A stretch of DNA of 58,141 nucleotides from Octopus bimaculoides (Eukaryota). The notes beneath the pieces were generated by a model. The model did not search any database. It was not told where the DNA came from and was given only the letters and a program-made list of their open reading frames with translations. Positions 52,030 to 58,141 of the stretch are shown here, piece after piece (within the stretch, counting starts at the first letter, position 1; every line of letters starts with the position of its first letter). The stretch lies in assembly GCF_001194135.2 (NCBI RefSeq), contig NC_068981.1, forward strand, positions 16,688,523-16,746,663, written 5' to 3'. The translations under genes were made by a program, and so were the position numbers.

Positions 52030-52195
52030 CAGTCGATTAAGTCGAAACCAGTATGCAACTGGTATTTAACTTATCGACGCCAACAAGATGAAAGGCAAGG
52101 TGACCTCGGTGGAATTTGAACTAAGAACTTAAAGAAAAATGAAATACCGCTAAACATTTCGCCCGGCGTGCTAACGTTTCGGACATCTCGCCGTC
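52030..52195 (-). mobile_element. SINE family M
   Basis: ATGAAAGGCAAGGTGACCTCGGTGGAATTTGAACT...CGCCCGGCGTGCTAACGTTTC. Confidence 0.85.
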
Positions 52196-54749
52196 TTACA
52201 TAAAGCACATATTGCAAGCATTATGGTTGCTAACAGATCTTACCTACTTGCGAGTGAGTACTCAGCATATTGCCCTAGTTTATATTAGTACTACTGCTAC
52301 TAGTTTACCTTTTAATGTCTCCTCGGATAATGACTTGAAATTAACTTTTAGTCGTTGATAGTTATAATCAAAACAGCCATAAATCATTTTGGCGAGTATA
52401 ATTATGAAGTATTATTAATATCGTTATGTCTTCAATGATTCTAACAAATATTTCGTATGTGGAGGCGTGAAGAAATTAATTTTCTGTGTATAAGTGACTA
52501 TGTACAACCTATATTTTAAGATTCATAATCAAAAAAACAAAAAACATTTTATTGTATTCAGCAATTTATCTAAAAATTTCTATTAAATTGCTCTTGGGAT
52601 TATAGTTTGCAAAGATGCAGTTTTCTTTGGAAATCATTTCTAACTATATTTGATATGAATTTCTCATTGAGTACACATTCATTGAAACAATATCCGTTTT
52701 CTCAGCAAACAATTTAAGAATGGGTTGTATATCTGCTGTCGATAAGTTAACCTTTTTTCACAATTGTTTTTTCTATTATCGACGGATTTTACCCTGTTGT
52801 CGGCGTTAACTTGTATAACTTAGATTGTATTGAGCAAATTGGTATTTAAAATTTTCCTATAATTTGGTCTAGGGTGGATATGATTTTTTCCGAAATTGTG
52901 GAATATCTTCTTTATCACACACATCACGCACACGCACGCACGCACGCACGCACACACAGTCGCACTCATATATGCGTATGAAGTATGCATGTATATATGC
53001 ATATAAGTGTGTGTATTTGTGAGTGCATGTGTAGAACAGCTCTTTTTAAAACAAATCTCCGACGTTTTTCGATTTAAAACATTTCGTACGCGTCATTCAG
53101 TACATCAGAAACTTCCTGAATAATCTAAGTTTATGCCATTGATCCACTTGAGATATTCCCATCTAGCTCACTTTGTAGAATTACATCAATTATACTAGAT
53201 AGAGAATTTTCGTAATTTTTTCTCCTTAATAATCACCACCTACCTAGAATACGTATAAGTATACTTTGCATTACTGTCATAACACATTTTCTTCAACTTG
53301 TCTATATTTTTGTAGATCTACCCCCATCGTCCCTTCTCACACACATATACTCTGTGTGTGAATTCAAGAACAGAATGATGAATGACCGAATAAATGGAAT
53401 GAATATGCATTTTCATAATAACGGGTGTGATATTCCATTATCTACTATTCCTTTAGGGTATGTATACATATATATTTCCTGCTGATGAAACGAAGCTCTT
53501 GGAAAATTGGCTTCTCTACTCAATGTAATGAGAAATCCACTTCAAGACACAATAAACGAGAATACGGTGGATCTTGGAACGATTCCACGTCCAGAGGGTA
53601 GCGTAGGGTTTTGTATGAGTGTGTACTCCATGCAGAGATATATCTATATTCTCTATTTCTATATAATTAGAGTATATATGGGTACATTTTGGGATTAAAG
53701 TTGATGGTAATTTGACAGATAAAACCGTGGAAGTGGATTTCAAATCTGGGATGCGCCATCTTTTAACATTTCATATGTAGCTAATATATTTTCGACTATA
53801 TCGAATCCAGAAATTTAGTTCAATCATTAGTTCAAGGAATATACGTACATTCATATGTATGTATATCTTTATGTATGTGTGTGAGTGCATGTATGTTTAT
53901 ATATATATTGAGAGAGAGGGAGAGAGAGAGAGAGAGAGAGACAGAGAGAGAGACAGAGAGAGAGACAGAGAGAGAGACAGAGAGAGAGATGTGTGCCTGC
54001 ATATAGTTGTACGCACGTATCTGTATGTAGATGCATATATGCATATGTATGTATGCGTGTAAATGTGTTCATGCGTAGGAGCGCGCGTGTTTATATGTAT
54101 GTATATACATACAATATATGTATGTAAGAGTGTGCGTGTGTGTGTGTTTGTGTGTTAACAGCAGTACCTGGCCCTCATGGGATTTATCAAGAACAAATAT
54201 AAATAAAAGCACCGGATGTCACTTATATTCAGGATCAATTAATTACTCGCTTCACAACCTGTAATTGACCCAGGAATGTTTTGAATCACATGTGTTTTCC
54301 ACACCATAATATGAGCAAAGATATCCTAAAAATAATTATATGTTCTCATATTATAAAATTATATTCTGTAAAAACTGCATTTTTGCTCAAAACACTTTAC
54401 TATTTTGCGTAGTCACTCTAAATAAAATGTATTATTAAATAGTATTTTTTCCGTACGCATTTTGCAGTGCTTCACGTTACATAGACACGTGTTAAAAAGA
54501 GAAATTTCTGGAAGCCACATGGCGTATGATATTCACCTCGAAAAACTTTCGTACAACACAAAATTTCACCTACTCCAGTGCATGGATGTGACTTACTGCT
54601 TGGAGCATACATGTGTGTGTGTGTGTGTGTGTGTGACGGCATATGGCCAAGTGGATAGGGTGTTGCACTCACGATCACCTGATCATGATTCCAATTCCTA
54701 CACCGGATGGTGCGTTGTGTTCTCGCCATAATCGATCGCTAACCACTAC

Positions 54750-54907
54750 ACACATTTTTTTCTGTCCTTGTTTCTTTCTGTTTTCCTTTCTGTGGAAGAG
54801 CGTAGGCTCGAAACGTTAAAGACTTATTCAATTTCCGAGCGTTATACTAATACATCTATTTGTTTTCTACACCACCTGTCTACGTATGTTGTTGTTTTGC
54901 GAATTCT

Positions 54908-54910
<3 letters not shown>
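54750..54910 (+). mobile_element. Family H3, copy 2; hammerhead-like 54786-54821 (CUGUGGA, GUU site)
   Basis: CTTT-CTGTGGA-A-GAGC-GTAG-GCTC-GAAA-CG-TT-AAAG; followed by (TA)n. Confidence 0.75.
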
Positions 54911-54966
<56 letters not shown>

Positions 54967-55029
54967 TGCATGTATGTATGTATGTATGTATGTATTTCGC
55001 TATGCTGGACCGCTGAAATCTACAAGTTT

Positions 55030-55188
55030 TTTTCATTCTCTCTGTTTTTATTTTCTTTTATTCCTTTCTGTTGAAGAGCATGGGCTCGAAACGTAGAAGA
55101 CTTTTACATTTTTCCCGAGCATCAAACTAATCCACTTTCTTGTTGTTCATACACCTGTCTTCGTCTTTTGTTTTTCTATAAATTTCGG

Positions 55189-55190
<2 letters not shown>
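55030..55190 (+). mobile_element. Family H3, copy 3; hammerhead-like 55064-55099 (CUGUUGA, GUA site)
   Basis: CTTT-CTGTTGA-A-GAGC-ATGG-GCTC-GAAA-CG-TA-GAAG; followed by (TA)n. Confidence 0.75.
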
Positions 55191-55228
<38 letters not shown>

Positions 55229-55274
55229 NNNNNNNNNNNNNNNNNNNNNNNNNNNNNNNNNNNNNNNNNNNNNN

Positions 55275-55320
<46 letters not shown>

Positions 55321-56224
55321 ATTCGCTCCTTTGTACCACATGGGTTCAATTCCCATCCTCTCTTCATCTGACACCTACTTCCTCTTTTCATCTGATATCT
55401 ACTTCTTCCCTTCACTCCTACACACCTCCTCTCTTCGGTGATACCCCCACATACCCATTCACATTTGAACTGCGACTAAAGTAAAAGTTGTGTTGTAGCA
55501 CCCACTCAATAAATGGCTATAAGTAAGTCACCATTGAGCGGAAAGATATATATTAGAAAGCAAGAATGAACAAGCAAAACACGTGGTGTCATTGTAGGGC
55601 ATGGGCTTTATAACAGTGCTTTATAGCTTTATAAATTACTGAACTTGTGTCAGAATTTGAAACAAATATTTATGGTCGTGATGTAACTTGGTGGCCAGTT
55701 ACTGTAAGGAAGATAATCTATTCTACGTTACACTTGGCAGGATTAGAAGTTTGAATTTCAAATCGAAGTATACATGGACATTTTTAATCCTCTTAAATAT
55801 TTTCTTCTTTTCTTGTATTTATTTGTTATTATTATTTTTTTTATTTCTGTCTTGCTTACTCATTACGAAGATCTTAAAATTTCTAGAATGTGTTTATATG
55901 TATGCTTCTTCGTTTTCGACGGTGGCGATGTTATTTATTTCAGTGATGGTCGTCATAGAGGACCATCACTGTGGTATAAGTTTTACGGGTTTGCGGGTTG
56001 GGTGGGGGTTGTAATACAGGCTGAATAACACTACATCGGTAAGTTAAAGGTGTTTCTCATATTTATTATTTAGCGAATAAAATAGTTATTGGTTTAGTTT
56101 CTAAGAGTCGATATAATTGCAAAAGAAAACATCAAAAATGCATTTGCTACGCCTACACTTCTTATGCTGACGACGCCATATGAATTGTATATACAAGTAT
56201 GCACGATTGCGTGTATGCATGTAC

Positions 56225-56363
56225 GTAGAGATAGATAGATAAATCGACAGAAAGATAGACAGACAGATAGGCAGACGGACGGAGGGATGAAGGGACGGAC
56301 AGACAGATAGTCACACGGAAGGATGGACTGATGGATAGATACATAGATAGACAGGCATGCAGG

Positions 56364-56421
<58 letters not shown>

Positions 56422-56702
56422 CATTTCTTTTATTAGCCACACAGGGCTCAACAAAGTTGGGACAAATACAATGTAGAGCTTTTCTTTTTGGGAGGGGGAA
56501 GGAAAAAAAGTAGGGGCGTGTCGATCAAAAGGGATCGTGGGAAGAGAAAAGGGGGGGGGGAGTTCGATCAAAAGGGATCGAGAAAAAAAAAGATAGATAG
56601 ATAGATAGATTGATCGACAGACAGACACACATACTGAGAGACAGACGTAAAGCTGGATGGATGGATAGATAAATAGATAGACAGACAGGCATGCAGGTAG
56701 GT

Positions 56703-56758
<56 letters not shown>

Positions 56759-56760
56759 GG
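56225..56760. repeat. Duplicated compound (GATA)n/(GACA)n tract with a ~170-bp insert at 56421-56590
   Basis: ACAGGCATGCAGGTAG plus (GATA)n occurs on both sides of the insert. Confidence 0.75.
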
Positions 56761-57130
56761 ATATGTCTTTGCATTTCTTAAGCAGCAGAGAAATTTCTGT
56801 TTCCACGAAGAAAATTAGAGATTTTTGAACAGAGAAATCGAATTTCGGTTGTAAAATTCTTTTCCCTTTTTGCATGTTTTCATCAGATTAATTTCCTGCA
56901 ATCTGAGTTTTAAGGTCCCTAATATGTAATTGTTTAAAATATAGACCCAAATCCTAAAATTCAGTGGTCAGTGTTTGACTTGTATTCTATTTTACTAACT
57001 GAGGAGGAATGAATGTATAAATAACTTCAGCAGTTTTTGAACTCAAAACATAATGATCCGAACAAATAACACAAAACATTTTGTCTGACGCTGTTGCGAA
57101 TCTGCTAATACAGCTTAATATAAGGTTTTA

Positions 57131-57540
57131 GAAGGCGGCGAGCTGGCAGGGACGTTAGCACGCCGGGCGAAATGCTTAGCGGTGTTTCGTCTGTATTCAT
57201 GCTCTGAGTTCAAATTCCTCCGAGGTCGAATTTGCTTTCATTCTTTCACGATCGATAAATTAAGTACCAGTTACGCACTGGATTCGATGTAATTGACTTA
57301 ATCCCTTTGTCTGTCCTTGTTTGTCGCCTCTATATTTAGCCCCTTGCTGGTAATAAAGAAATAAGAAACGTTAGCACGACGAGCGAAATGCTTAACGGTA
57401 TTTCGTCTGCAGTTACATTCTGAGTTCAATTTCCGCCAGGTCGACTTTGCTTTTCATCCTTTCGCGGTCGATAAATTAAATACCAGTTGCGTACTGGAGT
57501 CGATCTAATAATTTCGAGCCATGTGTCGAGAGTAGAAAAG
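57131..57540 (+). mobile_element. Dimeric SINE family M
   Basis: GAAGGCGGCGAGCTGGCAG head; second monomer from about 57363. Confidence 0.88.
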
Positions 57541-57870
57541 AATATAAGGCTTTAGCAAGTGATGCCCTATTCAATAGGTACACAATTTCTAATGCATTGT
57601 TGGAGAGGAATCAGGTTTTTAGATTGGTAAATGTAGAACAATAAAATTAAGTTAAGAAAGTCTATAAAATATATACGTGTGTGAGCGCGCACGCGTTTGT
57701 GTATGCATGCGTGTGAGTACGTGTGTGTGTATGTGTGCGTGCGTGTGCGTGTGCGTGTATGTTTGCGTGTGTACCTACATATATTCTATGTATGCAGCTA
57801 TGTTTCATTATTTCTACATATATAAATATGTATGCATATATATATAAATTTGGTATTATATAAATACCTA

Positions 57871-57910
<40 letters not shown>

Positions 57911-57914
<4 letters not shown>

Positions 57915-58141
57915 AATTCTCTAAATGAAGTATTAACAGTAACTGCACGATAAAGTGTAGTATATTGCCACTTAAGTGTGGCTGACCCCTAGGGGTGGAT
58001 GTTACTGTTGCTTTTAGCCCCAGGAGGACATCTCCTCCAGCTGGCTTATCGACACACGACTGTGTCCTGTTTGCCAAGGGAAATTATCCCTCTCACCTCG
58101 ATCTGCAGCACGAACGTATCCGGATTTCAGGGTTATTTCCC
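57911..58141 (-). mobile_element. Family H1, copy 2 (window ends inside hammerhead stem II)
   Basis: Reverse complement of 19913-20102, extended by a 15-nt linker and the 19773-19797 segment. Confidence 0.85.

Noticed and set aside
53481-53600. CTGATGA followed by small hairpins
   Set aside because: No stem II closing directly onto GAAA; hammerhead topology is not satisfied

Overview
AT-rich, microsatellite-dense eukaryotic DNA with 11 N-gaps, mostly next to simple repeats. The tRNA-derived SINE families point to an octopus genome (inferred from recalled repeat families, not a search). I found no supportable host gene; the ORF track is almost all microsatellite, gap or transposon translation. 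Recognisable content: a near-full-length decayed R4/Dong-type RLE retrotransposon inside (TAA)n plus several RLE fragments, a Hero-like RT fragment, CR1-like LINE remnants, mariner remnants, two tiny TA-flanked MITEs, a Penelope-like GIY-YIG remnant and many SINEs. The main signal is three unrelated short repeat families, each carrying a minimal type I hammerhead-ribozyme fold with a palindromic stem III. Family 1 is a highly structured ~345-nt unit present as two permuted copies. Family 2 includes a copy with a Pol III tRNA-like head, an (AAT)n spacer and an inverted tail fragment. Family 3 has a non-canonical CUG-U core, including a tandem pair 278 nt apart. These look like retrozyme-like or Penelope-dependent non-autonomous elements. 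Cleavage activity is untested.
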